64,000 nucleotides of DNA from an uncultured Methanoregulaceae archaeon (GTDB lineage: Archaea; Halobacteriota; Methanomicrobia; Methanomicrobiales; Methanospirillaceae): assembly GCA_963790395.1 (NCBI GenBank), contig CAWBOH010000005.1:11911-75910 (forward strand), read 5' to 3'. Of this stretch, positions 40,598-50,244 are shown one piece after another. The notes beneath the pieces were generated by a model. That model saw nothing but the letters and a program-made list of their open reading frames with translations, was not told where the DNA came from and ran no database searches. The position numbers and the translations under genes are program-made. Positions within the stretch are counted from its first letter, which is position 1. Each line of letters starts with the position of its first letter.

Positions 40598-41602
40598 TCA
40601 TTGAGTATCCGCCGGATGCGTCTTTAATTCATCCTGGATTCGCTCGTCCCAGTATTGATACATGGACAGAAGACTTTGTTCAAAAGGAATCGTCGGTTTC
40701 CATCCGAGATCCTGCTGGATTTTTTTATAACTCCCGACTATACGAGGATTATCGATAGGGCGGATCTGAGACATTTCCTGAAGTATCTCCACACGAATAC
40801 CAAGAATTTCTGAAAGCGAAGTTACAATATCCTGAATTGCCCGACCCTGACCGCTGCAGATATTGTAAACCTCCCCCTTTGCACCCCTGGTAAGGAGAAG
40901 ATAATACGCCTCAATGACATCGTGCACATCGACAAAATCACGCACAATACTGCCATTGCCAATATGGATGACCGGTTTCTGAATTCCGTGAGCAACCTTC
41001 ACAAACTGTTTGACTATCGCGCTGACAACAAAGCGATCAGTCTGGCCTGGTCCGCAGTGGTTAAATGAACGGGTACAGCAGATATCGAGATCATATCCTT
41101 TGGCATATATCCTTGCAAGGTGCTCCTGAGCTACGCGTGCAACGGCGTAGGGGTTCTCCGGGCATTGTGGCCTGTCTTCAGTTATTGGCAGGTCTTTTTC
41201 AGGAACAATCCCGTATTGTTCTGATGATCCGATGGATAGGACCTTTGCAGCATTGTCATTAAGCCTGACAGTGTCGATGATGTTCAGGAAGATATTGGTA
41301 TTATTCATAAATGAGAAGACCGGGCTCTTCCAGCTCTCGGCAACAGAGCTCTGTGCTGCGAGATGAAGGATATAATCCGGCTGGATATCCTCGATTAGTG
41401 ATTTTATTTTCGGGATATCGTTCAGGTCAGCCAGATGGAAATAATGACCATTAAGCAGTCCTGCGGGAGTATCCACAAAATCCCAGGCAGGTTTTGAACG
41501 GCTGATGCCGTGGATTTCAAGATCATTATGGCGGGATGTCAGGTACTGAACAAAATGTCCCCCAACAAAACCGCTGATGCCGGTTATCAGTATTTTTTTC
41601 AT
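40598..41602 (-). CDS. GDP-mannose 4,6-dehydratase / GDP-6-deoxy-mannose reductase (Rmd)-like SDR
   Basis: ITGISGFVG, HLAAQSSV, GSSEQYG, FNHCGPGQ, RDFVDV. Confidence 0.85.
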   Translation of the reverse strand: MKKILITGISGFVGGHFVQYLTSRHNDLEIHGISRSKPAWDFVDTPAGLLNGHYFHLADLNDIPKIKSLIEDIQPDYILHLAAQSSVAESWKSPVFSFMNNTNIFLNIIDTVRLNDNAAKVLSIGSSEQYGIVPEKDLPITEDRPQCPENPYAVARVAQEHLARIYAKGYDLDICCTRSFNHCGPGQTDRFVVSAIVKQFVKVAHGIQKPVIHIGNGSIVRDFVDVHDVIEAYYLLLTRGAKGEVYNICSGQGRAIQDIVTSLSEILGIRVEILQEMSQIRPIDNPRIVGSYKKIQQDLGWKPTIPFEQSLLSMYQYWDERIQDELKTHPADTQ

Positions 41603-41837
41603 GATTTCCCTAAAAATTCATATTGGAGATCCTTACCTGATGAACACGGAGAAATATGCAGCCTCAGGAATGATTTCGGTACTGTACATATCAATTTTTA
41701 TTTGAAATGAATATTTTCCTCAATCAGTATTATTTTTTATTTGTATTCCGGAGTATTTGTGAATTCATTTCCAATGAATTTATTGAATCAAACGGCAATT
41801 AATTTTATTATTATAGAAAATCCCTCCAGGAACCATC

Positions 41838-42986
41838 ATGGATCCACAATCCGGCAACGAAAATACTGTTGATGTCTCGGTGATACTGCCCGCTCTGAAT
41901 GAAGAACAGACTATCGGGGAATGCATTACCAAAATACAGAAGGTATTTCATGACAACGCAATCAAAGGCGAAATAATCGTTGCTGATTCATCAACCGATC
42001 GAACCCGGGAGATTTCCGCATCCCTGGGGGCAAATGTCATCCCTGTAGAAAAAAACGGTTATGGAAATGCGTATCTCACGGGATTTCAACATGCAAAGGG
42101 CCGTTACATTATTATGGGTGATGCAGATAACACGTACGATTTTCTAGCCATCCCTGAACTGCTCGCACCTTTCAGGAATGGAGCAGATTTTGTTATCGGT
42201 TCACGGTTTTTGGGCACAATCCATAAAGGTTCAATGGACGGCCTTCACCGATATATTGGAAATCCGGTATTGACCTGGATGATCAATATATTTTTCCACA
42301 CTCATTTTTCCGATACTCACAGCGGATTCCGTGCTATCACACGCGAAGGATTCAATCGTCTTCCTTTAAAGACCGGAGGCATGGAGTTTGCATCTGAGAT
42401 GCTCGTTATGGCATCAAAAGAGCAGCTGAAGATCGTTGAAGTACCTATTGATTATTATCCGCGACTGACCCCTTCCAAGCTGCACAGTTTCGCTGATGGA
42501 TGGCGTCATATCCGGTTCGTACTCCTTATGAAACCTCTGCCATTTATCGCTGTCCCGGGATTTCTTTTTTCCCTGATCGGACTTTTACTGATGGCATTTT
42601 TTTATGACATTGAATCTTCACACCTGCATACATTCATTCTCGGTGCAATTCTTATGATGGGAGGTGTTCAGGTCGTCCTCTCGGGTTTCTTGATGAAGAC
42701 CTATTCCGTTATTCACGGATATGAAAACAAGGAGGGAATTATCAAGATACTGATGAAATATCATAGTCTGGAAATATTCCTTGTCCTTGGTTTTTTATTG
42801 GCTTCTGCCGGAGTGTTTGTCGGTCTCAATATATTCCTTCATTGGGCTTCGACAAATTTCGGTTTTCTCTCAGAAATCTCCACCGCGATTATTTCCCTTG
42901 TCCTGATAGTGACCGGAATACAGATTTTCCTTTTTGCTGTTTTCCAGAGTATGATGCTCCTGAATGAAAATAATAATCATGAATAG
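41838..42986 (+). CDS. GT2 glycosyltransferase (dolichol-phosphate glycosyltransferase-like, C-terminal TM region)
   Basis: ILPALNEE, GYGNA, MGDADNTYD, GMEFASEM. Confidence 0.92.
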   Translation: MDPQSGNENTVDVSVILPALNEEQTIGECITKIQKVFHDNAIKGEIIVADSSTDRTREISASLGANVIPVEKNGYGNAYLTGFQHAKGRYIIMGDADNTYDFLAIPELLAPFRNGADFVIGSRFLGTIHKGSMDGLHRYIGNPVLTWMINIFFHTHFSDTHSGFRAITREGFNRLPLKTGGMEFASEMLVMASKEQLKIVEVPIDYYPRLTPSKLHSFADGWRHIRFVLLMKPLPFIAVPGFLFSLIGLLLMAFFYDIESSHLHTFILGAILMMGGVQVVLSGFLMKTYSVIHGYENKEGIIKILMKYHSLEIFLVLGFLLASAGVFVGLNIFLHWASTNFGFLSEISTAIISLVLIVTGIQIFLFAVFQSMMLLNENNNHE

Positions 42987-42995
42987 GTTGCAGGA

Positions 42996-44129
42996 ATGAA
43001 GATCGCATTTGTCTACGATGTCATCTATCCTTATATAAAAGGCGGCGTAGAAAAACGTGTCTGGGAACTTGCAGTGCGGCTTTCACACCGTGGGCACGAA
43101 GTGCATCTTTTCGGGATGAAATTCTGGCAGGGTGAAGATATCCTTATTCGTGAGGGTGTGTTCCTTCACGGAGTATGCCATGCTCAAAAACTCTATGGTG
43201 GCGGAAGAAGGACTATCTGGCAGGCTTTTTATTTCAGTATACGCCTCATACCCCCCTTACTAAAGGAAAATTTTGATATTATTGACTGCCAGCAGTTTCC
43301 CTACTTTTCATGTTTTTCAGCAAGGCTTCTCTCAATACTGAAAAAAATCCCCCTTGTCATCACCTGGCATGAAATCTGGGGAGATTACTGGTATGAATAT
43401 ATCGGGTGGAAAGGGCTTGGGGGAAAGACCACGGAGCGACTTGTCGCCCGACTTACCTCAGAAAACATTGCCGTGTCAAAAACAACCGCGAAAAACCTGA
43501 TTAATCTCGGAATTCCCTATGAAATAAAAATTATTCCCAATGGTGTTGATATAAATAATATCAGATCAATTTCCCCTGCGTGTGAACCGTCAGATATAAT
43601 TTTCGCGGGACGGTTGATACGAGAAAAACATGTTGATGTATTAATTCAGGCATTCAAGACACTCTTACCAGAACACAAGGATTGTATCCTGATGATTATC
43701 GGGGATGGTCCTGAGCGGAATAAGGTCTCAGACCTTATAAAAAATTTACATCTGGAAGACCAGGTACGTTTTATCGGATTCCGGGAATGCCACGATGAAA
43801 TCATCGCTCACATGAAATCTTCAAAGATATGTGTTCTGCCATCGACCCGTGAGGGATTTGGTATTACGGCACTTGAATCTCTGGCATGCGGGCTTCCCGT
43901 TGTAACCGTAGATCACCCGGCAAATGCGATTCGCGATTTGATTACGGAAAATAATGGTTTTTTATGTGCTCTTTCTGCAGAAGATCTTGCAAAAACAATC
44001 TGTCTGGGACTCAGGCACTATCCCGGAATGAAAAAGGCCTGTATCATGTCAGCTGATCCATTTGACTGGGATCGGATAACTTCAGATATCGAATCGTATT
44101 ATCGATCAGTAATAGCCGGTAAACAATAA
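42996..44129 (+). CDS. GT4 glycosyltransferase
   Basis: YPYIKGGVE, AGRLIREK, REGFGITALESLACG. Confidence 0.92.
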   Translation: MKIAFVYDVIYPYIKGGVEKRVWELAVRLSHRGHEVHLFGMKFWQGEDILIREGVFLHGVCHAQKLYGGGRRTIWQAFYFSIRLIPPLLKENFDIIDCQQFPYFSCFSARLLSILKKIPLVITWHEIWGDYWYEYIGWKGLGGKTTERLVARLTSENIAVSKTTAKNLINLGIPYEIKIIPNGVDINNIRSISPACEPSDIIFAGRLIREKHVDVLIQAFKTLLPEHKDCILMIIGDGPERNKVSDLIKNLHLEDQVRFIGFRECHDEIIAHMKSSKICVLPSTREGFGITALESLACGLPVVTVDHPANAIRDLITENNGFLCALSAEDLAKTICLGLRHYPGMKKACIMSADPFDWDRITSDIESYYRSVIAGKQ

Positions 44130-44195
44130 TTTTTCATAAAAATATACGAGGAAAGATTTTCAAAATCCCTTATAATGTTCCTTTCAGGTTGTCGA

Positions 44196-46871
44196 TTATC
44201 CGAGGGATATGTTTCCTTCCACCACATCTTTTTCTGTGACGGTAATGTATCGTGATGTACCGACTATATGGTACTTTCCGGTTGCCCGGACTTCATATGG
44301 ATTGCCCTCGGTTGAGTAAGGAACTACAAACTCCCCACCTTCACTTGCCTGTCCATAGACAAAAGCCCGGCCGGTATTTGTCACAACAGGTAGTTCTATG
44401 ATGCCATTACCGGAAATATGTGCACCTTTGACATATTCAAAAATCTTGACATATTTGATATCCGAAAGGATGAGGGTATCCGATTCAGGAAACATTTTTA
44501 CCAATGCATCATCTGGTGATTCATGGATAAGCCGGTAATGCTTCAGTGCAGATATCTCCTGGACGGTTTCATTTGGAAGATTTGAGAAAATGCCTGCATA
44601 ACTGCCGGGCGAAAGCGCTGTACCCTCTCTGATTATCCGGAGATCCTTATCAATCTGTGAAAAATCATGTTCCTGCTCGCTCGTGATAACCCTTGCATAA
44701 CCATGAACATCTTCGGCAGTCTCACCAGCTGCTGGCACCTGACGGATTACATACTGGATATAATTCGTGTTTTTCGGGATTTGCATGGATCCATCAAAAT
44801 TGTGGAGTCGTGCGATCATTGTCTGGAAATATGCATTATCGTACCGGTGAATTTTTTGTAAACGTAAGGGATTATCTGCACCAGGCTGCATGAACCATTT
44901 AATATAGGGAGAAATATCTACTGAATTGCTTTGCCACGGTACCAGATTTGTAAATGTGTCAATGGCCATATCTGAATTCGTGATCACATATCTCCCTCCA
45001 AACCCCTCCAGTATTTCATCGGCCTGCGACTCATTCTGACTCAGGAAATATGCAGCAGTGCCCGAAGCGCCACTCAGGTGATCCTGAAATGGATTGGTAA
45101 CAGGAATCCGGTGTGCAAAGAAGGTGATCCAGTGACCTGCGTCCCAGACAGCAATAATACCATAGGATTCTGCGGGGTAGGAAAAATCGCGTGAATCATA
45201 GGTTTTATAATAATCAACTCCTGTACTGGGTGTGTTTTCCTGTAACCACGTGAGCGACTCTATCCAGTCCGGAGAAATCTCGTGCTGCGGGGTATCCATG
45301 CCGTATGAAATATCCTGTGAGATAGAAATCGCAAGCAATACTGCAGTGAGAAGAAGAACAGACAATACAATACTGTTTTTCATGAATTCATGGCGATTTG
45401 CCGGTACTTTGCCGGTAGATTTGATAATTTTCTTTGAACTTTTTTTTGGTGCTGTCGATTTTTCCACGGATTCGTCCTTACCAGCGTCGATTGGAGAAAC
45501 CGTGGAGTTGGATATATAAGCACCCAACTTCAAACCGTGCGTGACGATAAGATCCTTTTTCCAGTCGATAGTCACGGCGATGCAGATTGCAGCCAGCAAA
45601 ACGATATTGACCGTAAAAAAATATGCGAAACGCTGGAACCGGATGGTAAGCAGAAGAATAACCAGTGACCAGGTTAACAGGAAAACTGATTGACTGTTGT
45701 TATTCTTTATAGCCGTATACCCAAGAACCAGCAGACCGCCAGCCATCAGGATAAGTGCAACATTAAAATTTTCCCAGGCGCCTGAAAGCGTCCAGGGAAG
45801 TGTTTCAACCACGGCAACAGAATATATCGAACTGCCGGATAACAGTCCAAGTACCTGTACAATCATCGCCTGGAACAGAGGAATATTCTGGATTACTGCA
45901 ATGCTTCCGGCTGCGAGTATCAACAGGCTGATTATGAATGCCAGTTTCTTTCCCCGGAGGATTGTGGTCAGGAGAAAAAGCACTATGGTTTCGACAATCA
46001 GGACTAATTGCACATACACAATCCCGACAGAGTACTGGGAGATAGATAACCCCTCATGCTTGAAACCAAAGAGAAAGAGAAGAATTATGGAGACCATTAA
46101 AAATACAACATTTATCATTAACAGAGAGTTGGAATGCTGATTCGAGAAATAGTCCAGAACCGACTGCACGAGAGTATAGACTGCAATAACCAACAGTGCA
46201 AGCATTACTGTTGTCGAAGTGAGAAGCGCGAGGAAAAACAGAAGTCCCGTAATGGCTGAGTAACATACCGGATAAAAAAGCGTCTCACGATCTTTCAAAT
46301 CAATCGGATTGCTCTTCATATACGACAGGGTAAAGCAATAAGCAAGAAAAAAGAGCGAGCTGAAAAGAACTTCTGCAATATGATGGTCAGCCCATCCATA
46401 TGATGAAAGAGAAAAATACTGGATTGAAACAACAGAAATGAGTCCTGCAGCAATAATCCCTGCTTTCCAGTTCCATACTATTTTTCCCAGATGGTACATA
46501 ACCGGGACCATGACTATCGCCATAAGGGGGGCAATCCAACCCGATATAAAAATTATCCCGCTGCGTGATACTGCACCTGTTACCAGGCATAGTGTCGCAG
46601 CAATACCCGGATAGAGTGGTCCCCAGTCAATTATCTTCCCGGTCGGATATGCAGTCATCGGATCAAACCAGTTGTAGTGAGGAAAATTATTCACCATCAC
46701 TTCAACCTGTCTCATAGTATACCAGGAATCCGTATCGAAAAGATACAAAAATCCAGGATCTTTAATGAAAACTGCGGGAATCATCCTGAGAATAAGGGCG
46801 ATTCCCATAAAAATGAAGAGAAATACTACAATAATATATGACTGATATTTTTTCAGATAAGATGAATCCAT
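44196..46871 (-). CDS. aglB: Oligosaccharyltransferase AglB/STT3 family with atypical VWDAG motif
   Basis: DTDSWY, WFDPMTAYPTG, ADHHIAE, QRFAY, (V)WDAGHWI, NPFQ, VKIFEYVKGA. Confidence 0.9.
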   Translation of the reverse strand: MDSSYLKKYQSYIIVVFLFIFMGIALILRMIPAVFIKDPGFLYLFDTDSWYTMRQVEVMVNNFPHYNWFDPMTAYPTGKIIDWGPLYPGIAATLCLVTGAVSRSGIIFISGWIAPLMAIVMVPVMYHLGKIVWNWKAGIIAAGLISVVSIQYFSLSSYGWADHHIAEVLFSSLFFLAYCFTLSYMKSNPIDLKDRETLFYPVCYSAITGLLFFLALLTSTTVMLALLVIAVYTLVQSVLDYFSNQHSNSLLMINVVFLMVSIILLFLFGFKHEGLSISQYSVGIVYVQLVLIVETIVLFLLTTILRGKKLAFIISLLILAAGSIAVIQNIPLFQAMIVQVLGLLSGSSIYSVAVVETLPWTLSGAWENFNVALILMAGGLLVLGYTAIKNNNSQSVFLLTWSLVILLLTIRFQRFAYFFTVNIVLLAAICIAVTIDWKKDLIVTHGLKLGAYISNSTVSPIDAGKDESVEKSTAPKKSSKKIIKSTGKVPANRHEFMKNSIVLSVLLLTAVLLAISISQDISYGMDTPQHEISPDWIESLTWLQENTPSTGVDYYKTYDSRDFSYPAESYGIIAVWDAGHWITFFAHRIPVTNPFQDHLSGASGTAAYFLSQNESQADEILEGFGGRYVITNSDMAIDTFTNLVPWQSNSVDISPYIKWFMQPGADNPLRLQKIHRYDNAYFQTMIARLHNFDGSMQIPKNTNYIQYVIRQVPAAGETAEDVHGYARVITSEQEHDFSQIDKDLRIIREGTALSPGSYAGIFSNLPNETVQEISALKHYRLIHESPDDALVKMFPESDTLILSDIKYVKIFEYVKGAHISGNGIIELPVVTNTGRAFVYGQASEGGEFVVPYSTEGNPYEVRATGKYHIVGTSRYITVTEKDVVEGNISLG

Positions 46872-46935
46872 TATTACTTATTAATGACGTAAAATTATAA
46901 TAAACCTTCAACACTCAGTTGAAATTATTCCCTTT

Positions 46936-47511
46936 TCATAATGTGCTTTTCTTCCCGGTACAACAGATATTTTTCAAAAAACCCCGGGAGGGATATTCAT
47001 GGATGCTGGTGACGATAATGTTGCCGTTGCCAATTTTTTGTTCGATAATTACATCACATAATTCTGCAATTCCTACCCCGAGTCCTTCATGGACCGGGAA
47101 TGAACCATCGCACTCAATGCACTGGGGATCATAATCGTCAATGATTGTTATAGTACCGGAACCGGAACTGCACTCTATTCGTCTTGGGTGGCAGTCATGA
47201 CGATATATTACCGAAAACGGGAGCCAGTCATAGGAATCAGGTTTATCGGCTGCTGCACCAAATACAAGAAGGTTTCCACCATTTTCAACAAATTTTTTTA
47301 TTCGTGGTGCTGCTGCGCGGAGTGCCGGCAGCAGGTTCGAATATGCAGGATTTGCAAAACCCGTAGGAATAATAAGACAATTGAATGCGCCCCGGTAAAA
47401 AGGAGCCGCGAGCATATGAGGGGTGATAAGTTCGCAGGATATACCACAATCTTCGATATACCGGTTAAAGTGCTGTTTTGTCTGCCAGACAAACCCGGCA
47501 CTACAATTCAT
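46936..47511 (-). CDS. Hypothetical protein, class I glutamine amidotransferase-like fold
   Basis: LIIPTGF...KFVENGGNLLVFG pattern; coupled to rtcB stop. Confidence 0.6.
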   Translation of the reverse strand: MNCSAGFVWQTKQHFNRYIEDCGISCELITPHMLAAPFYRGAFNCLIIPTGFANPAYSNLLPALRAAAPRIKKFVENGGNLLVFGAAADKPDSYDWLPFSVIYRHDCHPRRIECSSGSGTITIIDDYDPQCIECDGSFPVHEGLGVGIAELCDVIIEQKIGNGNIIVTSIHEYPSRGFLKNICCTGKKSTL

Positions 47512-48941
47512 CCCTTAATCACTCCGACTGGTGAGAGGCGGGCAACAAGTTTCGAAATCCCAACCTCATGGACAACATTCACTACTTCATCACTGGATTT
47601 GTAGACCTCAGGGGCTTCATCAGTGATGGCGTTTTCACTGTGTGCTCGGACAATAATTCCTTCTTTTAAGAGATTCTTGATGATTTCCCTGCCACTCAAT
47701 GTCTTTTTTGCCTGCGTGCGGCTCATTACTCTGCCAGCACCATGACAGGTGCTCCCGAACGTCCGGTCCATTGCTGTCTGTGTCCCCCTGAGCACAAATG
47801 AGGAGGTTCCCATACTGCCGGGAATTATTACCGGTTGCCCTGTTGATTCGAGATCGGTTGGAAGATCTGCAGATCCTGGTCCGAAGGAACGGGTGGCACC
47901 TTTTCGGTGTACACAGACTTTCATGCGTTTCCCCTCCAGGTTATGCTCCTCCATCTTGGCAACATTGTGTGCGACATCGTAGATGAGGTTCATCTCTTCG
48001 TAATCGATTCGGAACATCTTTGCCAGTACCTGCCGTGTAGCATGGGTAATCAATTGCCGGTTTGCCCATGCATAGTTTGCCGCTGCTGCCATTGCACTGA
48101 AATATGCTATCCCTTCCGGTGATGTTATCGGTGCACAGGCCAGTTGCCGATCAGGAATTGTAATCTGATATTTTTTCGTTGCACTTTCCAGGGTTTTTAA
48201 ATGATCAGTACATACCTGGTGTCCAAGTCCCCGGGAGCCACAATGTATCATACAACAGACCTGACCAAGAGTAAGGCCAAAAGATTTTGCCGCATCGCGA
48301 TCAAAAATTTCGCGCACAACCTGAATCTCGAGGAAATGATTCCCTGATCCAAGCGTCCCTCCCTGAGGTATACCACGTTGTTTTGCCTTTACAGAGAGTG
48401 CATGACTGTCTGCAGATTCCATGAACCCTCCCTCCTCGCACCGTATGAGGTCGCGTTCAACACCGTACCCGGTTTTGACCGCCCATTGAGCACCTTTTCC
48501 CATCATTCCTTCGAGTGCCTGGGGGGAGACCTTCAGGGCACTTTTTGCACCAACGCCGGTGGGAACCGTGCGGAAAAGTTCATCAATAAGATCCCGACGG
48601 CCGGCAACGTCCTGATACTGAAGTGGTGTTGAGAGTAACCGCACTCCGCAGTTGATATCAAACCCGACACCCCCGGGAGAGATGATCCCCTCTTCAATAG
48701 AAAACGCGGCAACTCCCCCGATAGGAAATCCATACCCCCAGTGAATGTCCGGCATAGCAAGCGAATTTTTCAGAATTCCGGGCAGGGTTGCAACATTGGC
48801 GAGCTGCTGGACAGCACCTGGTTCGAGAGTCTTTCCCAATGATTCAGAAAGGAAGAACCTTCCCGGAACCCGCATTCCGGCTACATATCCTATCGGTACT
48901 TCCCATTCATTCAACCCAATCCGGTTTACACCCTCAATCAT
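47508..48941 (-). CDS. rtcB: RNA-splicing ligase RtcB
   Basis: MPDIHWGYGFPIGG, GFDINCG, GSGNHFLE, HCGSRG, AHN, HRKGAT, PGSMG, CHGAGR; start MIEG after GGAG. Confidence 0.96.
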   Translation of the reverse strand: MIEGVNRIGLNEWEVPIGYVAGMRVPGRFFLSESLGKTLEPGAVQQLANVATLPGILKNSLAMPDIHWGYGFPIGGVAAFSIEEGIISPGGVGFDINCGVRLLSTPLQYQDVAGRRDLIDELFRTVPTGVGAKSALKVSPQALEGMMGKGAQWAVKTGYGVERDLIRCEEGGFMESADSHALSVKAKQRGIPQGGTLGSGNHFLEIQVVREIFDRDAAKSFGLTLGQVCCMIHCGSRGLGHQVCTDHLKTLESATKKYQITIPDRQLACAPITSPEGIAYFSAMAAAANYAWANRQLITHATRQVLAKMFRIDYEEMNLIYDVAHNVAKMEEHNLEGKRMKVCVHRKGATRSFGPGSADLPTDLESTGQPVIIPGSMGTSSFVLRGTQTAMDRTFGSTCHGAGRVMSRTQAKKTLSGREIIKNLLKEGIIVRAHSENAITDEAPEVYKSSDEVVNVVHEVGISKLVARLSPVGVIKG

Positions 48942-48966
48942 ATTCCATCTCCAGTCGCCTGCTGCC

Positions 48967-49374
48967 TTAGACATCAAATATGATGTCAAGCTTATATCCA
49001 TTCGCATCCTGCGTTATCGTGAGTCCCGAGTAGGAGATACCTTTCACTTCCGAACCCCCTGAATGACGTATTGGATCAAATGGTTCTCCGCTGAGCTCAG
49101 CAGTAAGATAAAACCCGTTTATTTTGATGCTTGCATCTGAAAAGACGAGATTTTCCACTTCCGATACGAAAAGAACCTCGGAAAGAAAGTCTGCTATTAG
49201 TGATTCATTATCAACAGATTCAACCCGGATCTCCCTTAATATGCCACTGGAACGATTTGTACCGTACATAATCTGCATCATGGCATTGAAGGTTTCAGAA
49301 AAAAGGGCTTCACGTGTGGGAGCGCGTACACGGATTTTTATGTCTGCAGTATGGGAGATTTCTTCAAAACTCAT
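48967..49374 (-). CDS. Archease
   Basis: FEEISHTAD, EVKGISY, IIFDV; adjacent to rtcB. Confidence 0.93.
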   Translation of the reverse strand: MSFEEISHTADIKIRVRAPTREALFSETFNAMMQIMYGTNRSSGILREIRVESVDNESLIADFLSEVLFVSEVENLVFSDASIKINGFYLTAELSGEPFDPIRHSGGSEVKGISYSGLTITQDANGYKLDIIFDV

Positions 49375-49376
49375 CT

Positions 49377-49655
49377 TTATTCGTTTCCCATCAGATCATC
49401 ATCATCAAAAAAAGGAATCATATCCATCCGGATGCAATGCAGGAACCGTGCCTGATGGATGGAGACATAAATCATATGATTCCCCGCTCTGAGAATAAGA
49501 TCGGTCTTTTTCGGGGGTTTAATGCGGATCGGTAATAGTATTGGCCCTCCGCAGGATGTGCAGATACGAAAATCGCAGTCCCGTTTGTTAATGAATTCGA
49601 TCACGTCCGGGACAATTGTCACCTCGCTTATGCAGGTGCTGTTATTGGTACGCAT
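49377..49655 (-). CDS. Small conserved hypothetical protein with CxxC
   Basis: DFRICTSCGGPILLP; in operon upstream of archease. Confidence 0.65.
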   Translation of the reverse strand: MRTNNSTCISEVTIVPDVIEFINKRDCDFRICTSCGGPILLPIRIKPPKKTDLILRAGNHMIYVSIHQARFLHCIRMDMIPFFDDDDLMGNE

Positions 49656-49710
49656 GATGCTACAACAATAGGAATGTTGCAGTAAAAATCATTGCGGATC
49701 GGAAGCGGGT

Positions 49711-50022
49711 TTAATTGACCCCAACTATCCTGACCACGATATCATAGTATTTGTCTTTAAGTCCGTAATTGTTTACACCCTCGGAATTTTTTAGTGCATG
49801 GAGGATTCCGATCCGGGATGCGATAATCCCAACCATTGAAGCGATCGCATGGAAAGTGACTGCAAACTGTGTCTGGAGTTCAGCGACAAGTTCTGCAATA
49901 GTGAGTGATTTGATTTTAACAAAAAGCCTGAGCACTTCGCGCCGGATTCCAGTTCTGTCCCGTGAAAGATATAAACGTAACCGCCCTTCCACAACCTGTT
50001 TGATCTCTGAAGGAGATCTCAT
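49711..50022 (-). CDS. DUF2551-like winged-helix protein
   Basis: YLSRDRTGIRR, ASMVGIIASRIGIL family-like motifs. Confidence 0.75.
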   Translation of the reverse strand: MRSPSEIKQVVEGRLRLYLSRDRTGIRREVLRLFVKIKSLTIAELVAELQTQFAVTFHAIASMVGIIASRIGILHALKNSEGVNNYGLKDKYYDIVVRIVGVN

Positions 50023-50244
50023 AGACTTAGTGTCAAAGCTCTCTGTATTTATATTTTTTTATTTTGTGTGATTATTATTGCCTGATAGAAGATTACATCG
50101 TTTTATGAAAGGATACGAATTTTCTGCGAAGTGTAAATAAAACTTACCTCCCCTCATAATTCCCATACAGGTATAATCGGCTTCACTATCAATTCAAAGT
50201 TATCTGGTAACTATTTTAATCATGTGTAAACAGATGAATACGAT

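Noticed and set aside
47508-48941. Inteins in RtcB (and in RFC at 60637-61632), both known intein hosts
   Set aside because: Both proteins are of normal length with contiguous motifs
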